This document shows positions 1-12,090 of a stretch of 64,000 bases of DNA, piece after piece (positions within the stretch are counted from its first letter, which is position 1; every line of letters starts with the position of its first letter). The DNA is from Octopus sinensis (lineage: Eukaryota), in NCBI RefSeq assembly GCF_006345805.1, contig NC_043004.1:806001-870000 (forward strand), read 5' to 3'. Position numbers and translations under genes: made by a program. A model generated the notes under the pieces. That model saw only the letters and a list, made by a program, of their open reading frames with translations. It was not told the DNA's origin and ran no database searches.

Positions 1-24
1 TTTGTCAATAGTAGGAGTGGGATA

Positions 25-395
25 GGCGTGGGAGTGGCTGTGGTAAGTAGCTTGCTAACAGACCACATGCGTGGCACCTTGGGCAAGTGTCTTCTACTAT
101 AGCCTCGGGCCAACCAAAGCCTTGTGAGTGGATTTGGTAGACGGAAACTGAAAGAAGTCCGTCTTATATACGTTTGTGTGTCTGTGTTTGTCCCCACACC
201 AACATCGCTTGGCAACCGATGTTGGTGTGTTTACGTCCCCGTAACTTAGCGGTTCGGCAAAAGAGACCGATAGAATAAGTGCTAGGCTTACAAAGAATAA
301 GTCCTGGGGTGGATTTTCTCGACTAAAGGCGGTGCTCCAGCATGGCCACAGTCACATGACTGAAACAAGTAAAAGAATAAAAGAGTAGAAAGAAT
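25..395 (+). mobile_element. tRNA/CORE-like SINE, family S1 (GGAGTGGCTGTGTGGTAAG...GCACCTTGGGCAAGTG...GACTGAAACAAGTAAAAGAATAAAAG)
   Basis: About 15 recognisable copies in the window. Pol III-like head and CCTTGGGCAAGT CORE-like motif; A-rich tandem tail. Confidence 0.85.
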
Positions 396-423
396 AATCA
401 TGAGTCCATTTAGAAGAGTAACA

Positions 424-826
424 GATGTGACTGTGAGGTAAGAAGTTTACTTCTCAATTACATGATTCAGGGTTCAGTCCCACTGTGTGGCACCTTGGGC
501 AAGTGTCTTCTATTATAACCTGGGGGTCGACCAAATCCTTGTGTGCGGATTAGGTAGACGGAAATTGTAAAAAAAATAATGCCTGTCGTATTCATATATG
601 CGTGTGAGCGTGTGTGTACGTGTGCGTGCGCATTTGTCTCCCATCACTGCTTGGCAACAGGTACTGGCATATTTACGTCCTCGTAACTTAGCGAATCGGC
701 AAAAGATACCGAAGTACCAGGCTTTTAACAAAAGTACCGGAGTCGATAGATTTAACTAAAAATTCTTCAATGTGGTGCCCCAGCATGGCCGCAGTCTAAT
801 GACTGATAGAAGTAAAAGATAAGAGA
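424..826 (+). mobile_element. SINE S1, second tandem copy
   Basis: Colinear with 25-395; B-box-like GGTTCAGTCCC at about 470. Confidence 0.8.
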
Positions 827-882
827 TGAGAGAAAAATTCTTGTTCATAATTTCAGAGGATGGCAGAAAGGGTTAAATATAT

Positions 883-1281
883 ATTTCTTTATTGCCCACA
901 GGAGGCTAAACACAGAGGGGACAAACAAGGACTGTCAAAGCGATTAGGTCGATTAAATCGACCCAAGTGCCTAACTGGTACTTATTTAATCGACCCCGAA
1001 AGGATGAAAGGCAAAGTCGACCTCGTCGGAATATGAACTCAGAGCGTAAGACAGACAAAATACCTATTTCTTTACTGCCCACAAGGGGCTAAACACAGAG
1101 AGGACAAACAAGGACAAACGGATTAAGTCGATTATATCGATCCCAGTGCGTAACTGGTACTTAATTTATCGACCCCGAAAGGATGAAAGGCAAAGTCGAC
1201 CTCGGCGGAATTTGAACTCAGAACGTAGTGCTAGACGAAATACCGCTAAGCATTTTGCCCGGCGTGCCAACGTTTCTGCCA
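883..1281 (-). mobile_element. tRNA-derived SINE family S2 (GGCGGCGAGCTGGCAGAAACG...GTTCAAATTCC...GTCGACTTTGCCTTTCATCCTTTCGGGGTCG) with internal ~187-bp duplication
   Basis: Reverse complement of the 4002-4332 element; A-box and B-box-like motifs present. Confidence 0.85.
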
Positions 1282-1297
1282 CAATTTTCTCTCACTC

Positions 1298-1465
1298 CGT
1301 TTGTCTGTTCTTGTTTGTCTTCTCTGTGTTTAGCCCCTTGTTGGTAGTAAAGAAATAAGTATTTCGTCTGTCTTTATGTTCTGAGTTCAAATTCCGCCGA
1401 GGTCGACTTTGCCTTTCATCCTTTCGGGGTCTATAAATTAAATACCAATTGAGTACCGGAGTCAA
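1298..1465 (+). mobile_element. SINE S2, headless permuted unit, inverted relative to 883-1281
   Basis: Starts in the 3' extension and runs into GTTCAAATTCCGCCGAGGTCGAC. Confidence 0.75.
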
Positions 1466-1522
1466 TGTGATCGACTTTTCCCCTACCCACAAAGTCTAGG
1501 AAGTGCGCCTATAATAGACAGG

Positions 1523-1605
<83 letters not shown>

Positions 1606-1689
1606 TACCCCCTACATATTGCTATCTCGGAGTGTTTGGACTCATGGGACCAGCTACTCGGCCTCTATAGTGTAGAAGTGACCGAGATC

Positions 1690-1852
1690 ACAATGTTCCC
1701 ACTGAGCATGCCGCCAGTCTGTCGCAGGGTTTCTAGGGTTACGTGAAAGGAAGTGTTTCTTTTGCCCTTGAACACAACGCACCGCCTAGTCCAGGAATCG
1801 AAACCATGATCAGAAGATCGCGAGTGCAATACCTTAACCACTCGGCCACACA
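1690..1852 (-). mobile_element. tRNA-headed SINE fragment
   Basis: Minus strand: GTGTGGCCGAGTGGTTAAGG (A box) ... GGTTTCGATTCC (B box), then GTGTTCAAGGGCAAAAG. Confidence 0.6.
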
Positions 1853-2070
1853 CCTTCACAGATGCAGCTTGGTGGGTTGGTAAATTTAATAATTTTCCTT
1901 TTCCTGCGAAAAACTACAGTAAAACTTTAAAAATCCTAAACTAAACGCTAAATAATGTGATTAATCATAATGAAATAACTTCATTTAAGATTAAACTATA
2001 TTTACGAAGAAAAATGTAATTTTAACGTAATATAGTGGACACTATAGTGAAATTCCTTTCTCCTTTATTA

Positions 2071-2464
2071 TCTCTCTCTATATAAAGCTGAAGTTGTCTG
2101 TGTATGGCAGGTTTGGTAGCCTTCAACTAACACTATCCCCTCCGAGACCCTGCGGCGCAAGTTGACCAAAATTGAGAGTATGATAGAAGAAGGCTTGCTC
2201 TTCCTTCCGTAGAAGAAAAAATTCAAATCGGACCATGTTAACACCAAAAATTATGTACATCAAATAGTTGCTTTTTCTTCTATGAAAATTCCTATTTTTT
2301 TACGATTCTTTGACTGCTGTGTCGCCATTTTTCGGTGTATTTCAACCAGAAAAATGTTCACTTAAAGAGATTAACAAGCTACAGAATGCACAATTTTTAC
2401 TTTTCAAAAATTCCAATTCTAAATGGTCGAAACAAACTCGAGCAACGCCGGGCGATACTGCTAG
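2071..2464 (+). mobile_element. Non-autonomous Helitron (family H1)
   Basis: A|TCTCTCTCTATATAAAGC 5' end; GC-rich subterminal hairpin CGCCGGGCG and CTAG|T 3' end; no TSD; near-identical copies at 8270 and 32270. Confidence 0.85.
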
Positions 2465-3225
2465 TATATACATATATTCGAACATAGCCGATAACAGTTA
2501 GCCTTTGGGAGCTATTTGCAACCCCGTTGTACCCACCACTCTGATTGGTTGGTATTGGTGCAATTTGTCTCTTACTCTGTTGCACTAGTATACAACCTAA
2601 CCAATCGATATCCCTAAATAAGATCACGCGAGACATTCTGTTCTAAACTCCAATTTGAGCCTACTGTGACTTATAAAAATTCAATTTCTTGTCTCGAAGT
2701 CTATTGGTTTGAGACCTTCTAAGGTTTAGTCACTGATCATGCGATACAGCCAGTTCTAGACAACACCCGTTCAACAGCATTACAGCTGCCCCCGTCTTCG
2801 TCGTCATCATCGTGTTTCTAATCAACGTCGTCAACATCTCTATGTACACAGCACCAGTAATACTGCACAGGTTCCAACATAGCGCTGTTCGTGACCTACT
2901 TCACCATGGTTAACAGCAAACATACAACCCACACAGAAGCATGTAAACATATCAATAAATCTTTCATAAGCCTTCTACTCGGTTGTGTCTCTTCTCTTTT
3001 CCAACTGGCACAATATATGTATTATTTCTGCCTTCTGATATGAGTCGATATTAGATGGTCACAGCACACGCACCACCACGCTCTAGATCACAACTCCATC
3101 TATAGTAACCATTCAGGATTAAATGAAAATTATCAATATAACGAACTGCGAATTTGACTATAAAATACTGTAGCATCAAACTTTACAACTTTCTTTATTA
3201 TCACCTTTTTACTTTTTGTCTAAAG

Positions 3226-3553
3226 CAAAGGTGCTCGACTCCTTTATTTTTACCTGCGGCCCCCTTATATCCCTATTTTACTTGGGTGAACCCTAAGAGC
3301 CATTCGATGCTTTAAAAAAATCTATTGTATTTTTACAATTAAATTTTATAAGGGATTTTCTTTTATTCTTTTATTCGTTTATTTGGTTTCAATCATTTGA
3401 CTACGTCCATGCTGGAGCACCGCCTTTAGTCGAACAAATCGACCCCGGGACTTATTCTTTGTAAGCCTAGTACTTGTTCTATTGATCTCTTTCGCTGAAC
3501 CGTTCAGTTATGGGGACTTAAACACACCAAGCAACGGAGGGGAGACAAACATA

Positions 3554-3632
<79 letters not shown>

Positions 3633-3915
3633 ACGACCGGCTTCTTTCAATTTCCGTTTACCAAATCCACTTATAAGGCCTTGGTCGGCCCGAAGCTATA
3701 GTAAAAGGTTCCACGCCATGGGACTGAACCCGGAACGATGTGATTGGGAAGCAAGCTTCTTAACACACAGCCACACCAGTATATAAAAAATGTTAAAGTA
3801 TGTTGCGCATTGTAGAAAAATAACCAATGAACTGTAACAGAAACTGCAAGAACAAAACCTTCTTATGGACCCCAACCCCACTATGGGTCATACGGTTCCC
3901 GCTTGAGAACCGCCG
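3226..3915. mobile_element. hAT MITE interrupted by an S1 SINE
   Basis: 3' TIR TTGAGAACCGCCG with a degenerate 5' TIR; 8-bp TSD GTCTAAAG/GTCTAAAT (7/8 match). Confidence 0.65.
3357..3777 (-). mobile_element. SINE S1 with expanded (CA)n
   Basis: Reverse complement of 25-395. Confidence 0.85.
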
Positions 3916-4001
3916 GTCTAAATGGTAAATCTATCATCATAGAATTAATTTCTAAGAAGGTTTCATCATGTCTTTGTTTTCTCGAACGTGATTATTCCTA
4001 A

Positions 4002-4332
4002 GGCGGCGAGCTGGCAGAAACGTTAGCACGTCGGGCGATATGCGTAGCCGTATTTCGTCTGTCGTTACGTTGTGGGTTCAAATTCCGCCGAGGTCGACTT
4101 TGCCTTTCATCCTTTCGAGGTCGATAAATTAAGTACCAGTTACGCACTGGGGTCGATGTAATCGACTTAATCCGTTTGTCTGTCCTTGTTTGTCCCCTCT
4201 GTGTTTAGTCCCTTGTGGGTAGTAAAGAAATAGGTATTTCATCTGCCGCTATGTTCTGAGTTCAAATTCTGCCGAGGTTGACTTTGCCTTTCATCCTTTC
4301 GGGGTCGATTATATAAGTACCAGTTACGCACT
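4002..4332 (+). mobile_element. SINE S2 with 1.5 tandem body units
   Basis: GTATTTC(G/A)TCTG...GTTCAAATT recurs about 185 bp apart. Confidence 0.85.
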
Positions 4333-4861
4333 CGTGTGCAAAACAATCTCGAGTAGAATGAGATCCCCCACTTTTTAATTACCAAAAAACTCGTTAATAT
4401 ATTTCTAACCTTTTATATAAAATAACTTCCGTGTTCAGACATTGTTATTTATATTTTTTAAAGAAACAAACTTAACTTCGCTTTAAATTATAACATGCAT
4501 GAAATACAAAGAAACCCTACAAAATAAAGTACATTAAAAACAAAAGTTCCTTACTAAAAACTGGCATAGATCCTGCTTTTAGTAACCTTTTACTTAAAAG
4601 CTATTGAACAAAAGCCGTAGCACAGGTTTAAAAACAATAGAAAAAGGTCATTGTTCACAAAATGAGTTTATCTCTGAATAACCATTCGAGTCTAATTCGC
4701 CATTTCGTTCATCGAAACAACTCCAGACGTTCCACCATTTTACGGAGTGCTGTTACCATACATCCATCTTTCCTCTTGTTTTCTATCCATTCAGCTAGTT
4801 CTGCTTCCTGTTGTGGATTTTATTTACATAAAGATAGAATCACAATTTAATTACAAGGAAA

Positions 4862-5125
4862 GAAATGGCGCGGCGCGTTCAGCCGCACCCTGCGGACATG
4901 ACCGCAATTGCGTTGCTGCGGAAGAATTGCCACCGACACTCGTAGCAGCAGCCATCCCATATCGCGGGGCTCATTTCTCAGAAGGGCTGCAGTTATCCCG
5001 ATTTTGCGGATGAAATCGTCGGTGAGGGGTACAAGAACACTCCAGGACTCGACTGGCACAAACTGACAGCGACAGGTCAGGCGCCTATATTTATTCATTT
5101 GTCTCTCGTCTGCATTACGAGTGGA
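4862..5125 (-). pseudogene. CRE-clade non-LTR retrotransposon relic, C-terminal part of RLE endonuclease
   Basis: Translation NKYRRLTCRCQFVPVESWSVLVPLTDDFIRKIG...EPRDMGWLLLRVSVAIL fits the CRE pattern KYxxL...FVPxxxETxG...F...IG...REtxWLxQRxSVAIxRGN. Confidence 0.65.
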
Positions 5126-5398
5126 AGCAACCATTAGCTGTTTTTTTTTTTAAACAAGACAGTTACACAACCACAACATCAAGTGCTGGTGCGACTGGAA
5201 TTTTGGTGGGGCTCACCCATCCGGGCACTCAGAATGCAGACCTATTAGTTTGAGTCATCCTGACGAAAACTCCTCATATCTCCCCTCTCTCTCCCCTACA
5301 TACACATACATGTATGTCTGTATGTCTGTATGTATGTATGTATGTATGTATGTATGTATGTATGTATGTACTCATACATACATACACACCATACTAAT

Positions 5399-5640
5399 CA
5401 TATCTGTCGGGCATGTGGAAGAGAGTGTAATTCGGCAGGAGGACTTAAACGACATGCAAAGGTTCATGAAGCACAGTTACAACTACAGCCGGCTATTACC
5501 AGTAAAGGTTTTAGTTGCCAATTTTGTACAAGACATTGTAGATCTTTGGCTGGGCTAAAAAGTCACATATGATCACAGCACCAGTAATAGTTAAGCTTCA
5601 TGCAATGGCCATACTCGATAACGAGGGGGCAGCCATAATA
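5399..5640 (+). mobile_element. 3' end of an RTE-like LINE with two C-terminal C2H2 zinc fingers, 3'UTR and (ATGT)n tail
   Basis: HICRACGRECNSAGGLKRHAKVH and FSCQFCTRHCRSLAGLKSHI*SQH (the TGA is probably a decayed CGA). The UTR GGCCATACTCGATAACGAGGG is shared with 9165-9288. Confidence 0.7.
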
Positions 5641-5729
5641 ATGTATGTATGTATGTATGTATGTATGTATGTATGTATGTATGTATGTATGTATGTATGC
5701 ATGTATGTATTCGTGTATGTATATATGCA

Positions 5730-5764
<35 letters not shown>

Positions 5765-5787
5765 ATGTATGTATGTATGTATGTATG

Positions 5788-5818
<31 letters not shown>

Positions 5819-5890
5819 GAATGTATGTATGTATGTATGTATGTATGTACGTAATATGTATGTATGTACATATGTATAAATATATATATA

Positions 5891-6085
5891 TTCAAAATGT
5901 AACCACATGTAATTCGTTCGGGATTTTTTCCTCCGTCTTCCTTCCTTTCAGACTTTCGTGTTTCTGAAGAAGAGCTTTGCTCGAAACGTAAAACCGCCTT
6001 TCTTTCCTTCGCTGAGCGTCTGCTAATACTTTACATGTACCACATTCTCGTGTTGTTTTTTCTTTTCTTTTCCAGATTTACTACT
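5891..6085 (+). mobile_element. Short Penelope-like terminal-repeat element in a (TA)n tract, containing a hammerhead
   Basis: Related to 59566-59776 and 61099-61280 (shared CTGAGCGTC...AATACT downstream of the ribozyme); TA-microsatellite flanks. Confidence 0.65.
5960..5994 (+). ncRNA. Minimal type I hammerhead ribozyme motif
   Basis: GUUU-CUGAAGA-A-GAGC(UUU)GCUC-GAAAC-GUA-AAAC: stem I GUUU/AAAC, stem II GAGC/GCUC, palindromic ACGU stem III, predicted cleavage after GUA (5990). Confidence 0.75.
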
Positions 6086-6099
6086 ATATTATATATATG

Positions 6100-6198
<99 letters not shown>

Positions 6199-6245
6199 TA
6201 ATATATATATATATATATGTATGTATGTATATATATAAATGTACG

Positions 6246-6283
<38 letters not shown>

Positions 6284-6368
6284 TATATGTGTGTATGTAT
6301 GTATATATATATATATACATACACACACTCATAATATATATATATATACATACATACTACATATATAC

Positions 6369-6399
<31 letters not shown>

Positions 6400-6465
6400 T
6401 GTATGTATGTATGTATTTATGTATGTATGTATTTATGTATGTATGTATGTATGCATGTATTTGTG
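6085..6465. repeat. (TA)n/(TGTA)n microsatellite block
   Basis: Directly visible. Confidence 0.95.
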
Positions 6466-6854
6466 CGTTAAGTATTTCTTTGTATGAATTTCAATTGAAT
6501 TATCAGAAAAAGCACAGAGGCGTAAAACAGAAATAAAACTCGTATCGTAAGCAAACATTTACATCCACCTGAAGGTATCAAAGATGAATTATTTACGAGT
6601 AAATGAACGGCATTCAACCAAAGAAAAGCCTTTTGGAATTTTTTTGTTCTAATATGATTGTATAATAATTTCAAATTTTCAAACACGATCTTTCTATACA
6701 GATAGGTGAACCCAAAAGGTGACCTTAATGGAATGATTCGTAGTTATATATTTATGTCGAGGGGGAAAAGAAATTTGCAAATGTCAGAGAATTGCGTAAA
6801 GAAAGCGGTTATAAATCTTCGGTTTTTCCATTTGTTACGTAGCTGTAACACACG

Positions 6855-6893
<39 letters not shown>

Positions 6894-7036
6894 ACACACA
6901 CACACACATCTACATATAGACGCGGAACAATATCTCTTTATCTTTTGACTCATTTTAGTCATAAGATGATCAAAGCAAGGTCTTTGATCATTGGTTTCCT
7001 CGGTCCTGGTTGACCTGGCGTTCAACTATAATGCCA

Positions 7037-7294
7037 AGAAAGAAAGGAAGGAAGAAGAAAGAAAGAAAGAAAGAAAGGAAGGAAGGAAGGAAGGAAGGAT
7101 GGAAAAAAGAAAGAAAGAAAGAAAGAAAGGAAGGAAGGAAGGAAGAAAGAAAGAAAGAAAGGAAGGAAGGAAGGAAGAAAGAAAGAAAGGAAGAAAGAAA
7201 GGAAGGAGGAAGGATGGAGAAAAGAAAGAAAGAAAGAAAGAAAGGAAGGAAGGAAGGAGAAAGAAAGAAAGAAAGGAAGGAAGGAAGGAAGAAA

Positions 7295-7339
<45 letters not shown>

Positions 7340-7383
7340 AGGAAAGGAAGAAAGAAAGATAGAAAGAAAGAAAGAAAGATAGG

Positions 7384-7414
<31 letters not shown>

Positions 7415-7490
7415 GAAGAAAGGAAGGAAGGAAGGAAGGAAGAAAGGAAGAAAGAAAGGAAGGAAGAAAGAAAGAGAGAAAGAAAGAAGC
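7037..7490. repeat. (GAAA)n/(GGAA)n polypurine tract, about 450 bp
   Basis: Directly visible; accounts for the KERK and FLSF ORFs. Confidence 0.95.
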
Positions 7491-7707
7491 ACCGTCAGTT
7501 ATAGATGAGAAATATTAATATTATAAATTCGGTTCCCGACATCTGAATCTCTAATGGGATTTAAATTTAACGGTCTTGAGTAAATGCTACAGACTATTTT
7601 GTCTAATCTTCCAGAGATTTTGCCAATTTCCCTGCCGCATCACCTAAGTAGATCACGTGTTACAGAGCGATATTCAAGATGATATTTATCATAACGTTAT
7701 TATTTAA

Positions 7708-7919
7708 GGCGGCGAGCTGATGGAATCGTCAGCAGACCGAATGAAATTCTTGGCGATATTTCGTTCGGCTTTACGTTCTCAATTTAAATTCTGTCGAGGT
7801 TGACTTTACCTTTGATCCTTTCGGAGTCGTTAGAAATAAGTACCAGCTGATCAACGGGGTCGATGTCGGCGACCTACCCCTTCTCCGAAATTGCTGGCCT
7901 TGTACCAATATTTGAAACC
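7708..7919 (+). mobile_element. SINE S2 short form (tail CTTGTACCAATATTTGAAACC)
   Basis: Colinear with the S2 head; different 3' half. Confidence 0.75.
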
Positions 7920-8269
7920 GTTGTAACATTACTCTATTTTAGTCTTTGCCATAAATAAAATTAAAAAGGAGAGCTGATCTAGGCTGCCTCATTGCAAACT
8001 TGTTTGGTAGCTTACGATTTTAAGATCCGGTCTTGTCAATAAGTTGAGCTTGGTTTCCTGCCCTCCATCGACTCCCCAATCACTACATTAGTAATATAAG
8101 CACCAATTACATATTGTTATCGGCCAAAGTAGATCGAGTAATAAATCAGATCCGGTATATTGAATTTGTCAATCGTCTTCAGGCTTTCGATTAACTGCTC
8201 CTACTCATTGATTAACTGGTTGTCCTCATATCTCCCAGAATTATTTTCAAAATGCAGCTTTTACAATAA

Positions 8270-8650
8270 CTAGCAGTATCGCCTGGCGTTGCTCGGGTTT
8301 GTTTCGACCCTTTAGAATTAGAATTTTTGAAAAGTAAAATTTTTGCATTATGTAACTTATTATTCTCTTTAACTGAACATTTTTCTGGTTGAAATACACC
8401 GAAAAACAGCAGTCAAAAAATCGTAAAAAATAGGGATTTTCATAGAAAAAAAGCACCTTTTGATGTACATAATTTTTGGTGTTAACATGGTCCGATTTGA
8501 AATTTTTCTTCTATTGAAGGTAGAGCAAGCCTTCTTCTATCATACTCTCAATTTTGGTCAACTTGCGTCGCAGGGTTTCGGAGGAGATAGTGTTAGTTGA
8601 AGGCTACCAAACCTGCCATACACAGACAACTTCAGTTTTATATATAGAGA
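8270..8650 (-). mobile_element. Non-autonomous Helitron H1
   Basis: Reverse complement of 2071-2464; A|TC...CTAG|T termini. Confidence 0.85.
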
Positions 8651-8664
8651 TTTATACGAGAGTA

Positions 8665-8981
8665 CAGTCTAACGAATCTTCCCGTTAGAGCCATTTTCAC
8701 TTCGCAGTGTATATTTCTGTGGTTGCTCGGGAACCCAAGACTCTGGACATTTTTTGCGCTTGAGATCCGAAAAGAAAACTATCGAAGAGTAGTCGGTACT
8801 GAAGCAGATTGGAGTAGTCTTCTTATTGGGGGATGAAGCCTGATCTTGATCACTCCAGGTTGCTGCTAGAGAAAGTATCGTTGCAGATTGCATTCCAAAT
8901 TAGAGATTTACCACTTAGTCATGGGAAGACTGTGATGCCGTTTGTTCTTTTACTATCCTTGCGATTTTAACCTATCGGTTC
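8665..8981 (-). pseudogene. CRE-clade retrotransposon relic, RLE catalytic motif
   Basis: EPIG*NRKDSKRTNGITVFP*LSGKSLIWNAICNDTF matches EPxGLxRxDGKRPDGxTxxPWxxGKxLxWDxTCxDT. Confidence 0.7.
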
Positions 8982-8996
8982 AACTTAGGATCCGAA

Positions 8997-9115
8997 GTTG
9001 TTTGTTCCTTCTCGAGCCATGCCTGGCTCATAAGGGCCGGTTTCCCGGTTTCCTTGGCGTATAGATTCCCCACCTGGACGGGACGCCAGTCCGTCGCAGG
9101 TGAGCTGCAAGGTGT
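8997..9115 (-). mobile_element. 3' fragment of SINE S4
   Basis: Nearly identical to 19874-19990. Confidence 0.75.
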
Positions 9116-9164
9116 ACAGCCTTTCCTCGCTTAAAAAAAATCTTCTTGCACAGGCATTGCACGA

Positions 9165-9288
9165 TAACAACATTGATTAAGCTTCGTGCAAAGGCCATAC
9201 ACGATAACGAGGGAGAATCCACCATGTATGTATGTATGTATGTATGTATGTATGTATGTATGTATGTATGTATGTATGTATGTATGTA
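9165..9288 (+). mobile_element. RTE-like LINE 3'UTR plus (ATGT)n tail
   Basis: AAGCTTCGTGCAAAGGCCATACACGATAACGAGGG matches about 5593-5630. Confidence 0.7.
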
Positions 9289-9433
9289 GACGGACTGGCA
9301 CGGGACCACCAGCGATAGAGAGCATTAGTGAACCTGGACGGCTCCTCGTATGATGACGTCTCTGGGACCACTAAGTGGGGATGACCCCCAACTACACCAA
9401 AAAGGAGCATAAAGCAAAGCAGCAAACAAGAAG

Positions 9434-9475
<42 letters not shown>

Positions 9476-9662
9476 ACACACACACACACACTCACACACA
9501 ACACACACACACACACAACTACACACACATATACATGATATTCATACATATCTTATATATGTGTTACACTTTCTGTATGTGTGTGTATGAATTATGTGTA
9601 CGCTTGTATATGTATGAAGGTGAAAGCGAGAAAAAGAAAGAAAAAGAGAGGGGAGAAGCGGT

Positions 9663-9712
<50 letters not shown>

Positions 9713-10227
9713 TAAAATACAAATACAATGGAACTATATTTTCTTCAATTGTGAATTCTAATATGGCTGAAACTTAATTTGCATTTTACTTTATTGTCTA
9801 AATTTTTGTTTGCTTCTATCGTTTTAATCTATCAATAATGATCAATAGAAACCACATTCCAATTTTTATTGCATCAAAATCAATAGATGATTTATTAGCG
9901 CCTACATAGGTATAGTTTCAATCAATCAATATTTGGTTGATTAATGTTAGCTGTTACTGTATCGATAAAGATTTTGCTTGTACAATTTCGTTTAATATTG
10001 CAACAATTTAATATTCAGTCTCAGCGGCATATTTTCCTGCTAAAAATGTTCAGCTTACATTATAATGTATGAATCTGAAGGACATCCCAATGAACTTGGC
10101 TGACTTATTAGTCTCGGCGCTTCTGGGCGATTTCTGAAATTACTTTTTAGCAGAAAACCAAGCTTCTCTAATGAAGTGAATTGCATGCTTACACACACGC
10201 ATACACACGCACGCACGCACGCACGCA

Positions 10228-10277
<50 letters not shown>

Positions 10278-10373
10278 ACACACACATGCACACACACACA
10301 CATCTTCAGTGGGTCGTATATCCAAAAACGAAACACACTCTAAGGAATAGAGCTGTAATGTATTCGCATGCAG

Positions 10374-10453
<80 letters not shown>

Positions 10454-10533
10454 ATATCCATATATATGTATACACACATACATATATATGTGTGTGTGTG
10501 CTTGTGTATATGTGTACGTGTATATATACATAC

Positions 10534-10596
<63 letters not shown>

Positions 10597-10597
10597 A

Positions 10598-11517
10598 GTA
10601 GTAATACCCGTCGTTGATCGGGTAATTACTTTTACTGTTTTTCGGGATCGACGTTCGTAGTATGATATATATAATTTACTCCTCCTGTATGTGTGTATTT
10701 TTATAAGAGAAAAATATGTAATAATGGAAGTAGAAAAAAGATAAATTTCATGCATGAACTTCTGTTTGTTTATTATATGACAATAATTAGTGAGCTGTGT
10801 GTGTTATTTTATTTATTAATACAGTAATGGCAATTACGTAATATTGTTATAAGAGAAAAAAACATGTAATAATTTAAGTAGGAAAAAGATATATTTCACA
10901 CATGAACTTCTGTTTGCTTATTATATGACAATAATAAATGAGTTGTATGTATTATTTTATTTATTAATACCGTAATGGCGATTACATAATACATACATAC
11001 AACTACTTACAATAATAGAGATTACTGCATGAATTCTTCTACGTTCATGATGTTTGGTTTACAATGCTAAAAAAAATACGCCACCAAAAAAAAAAAAGAC
11101 GTAATCTTTCCAGAAACTGATATAACTGGTATGCGAGGAACGAAGACGGTGTCACCTTTACCACAGCCAGTGAGAATATTTTCCTCAATGCAGTTCCTCA
11201 TAGGTCTGTGCATTATTAGTGTTGCACTATTGCATAATATTTGTTGAGACAAATTAGGCAATAGCATAATAGGAAATATAGAAAAAGCATAATAGGTTCC
11301 TTTGAACCATTTGCTTCTATTTTGGTGGACAAACAAACGAACAAACACACAAACGGACAGGATATTACTTTTAGATAGATAGATAGATAAGATATAAGAT
11401 AAGATGTGATAAGAAGAAAAAGCGTAATAGTTCACCTTGAACCATTTACTTTCATTCTGGAGGACAAACAATCGAACTAACACAGAAACGAACTGAATGT
11501 CTCTGTTATATATATAT

Positions 11518-11596
<79 letters not shown>

Positions 11597-11681
11597 CATA
11601 CATAAAATACGATAATATAAGAAGAAAAAGCATTTTTATTTGGAGGACAAACAAACGGAGTCTATCCTTTATTTATAAAGA
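10598..11681 (-). mobile_element. Internally deleted Helitron (~1.08 kb)
   Basis: Minus-strand 5' end A|TCTTTATAAATAAAGG; 3' hairpin TACCCG...CGGGTA with mutated CTAG (CTAC|T); contains a helicase fragment and a ~150-bp dimer at about 10697-10990. Confidence 0.7.
11122..11277 (-). pseudogene. Helitron PIF1-like helicase fragment
   Basis: FPIMLLPNLSQQILCNSATLIMHRPMRNCIEENILTGCGKGDTVFVPRIPVI matches PxMLLRNL...LCNGTRL...IEAxILTG..G..V.IPRI. Confidence 0.8.
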
Positions 11682-11687
11682 TATATG

Positions 11688-12090
<403 letters not shown>

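Noticed and set aside
5563-7492. Long ORFs such as [19 protein letters not shown] and FLSFFL (also at 10-14, 23-24 and 47-48 kb)
   Set aside because: They are translations of microsatellites and show no coding signal.
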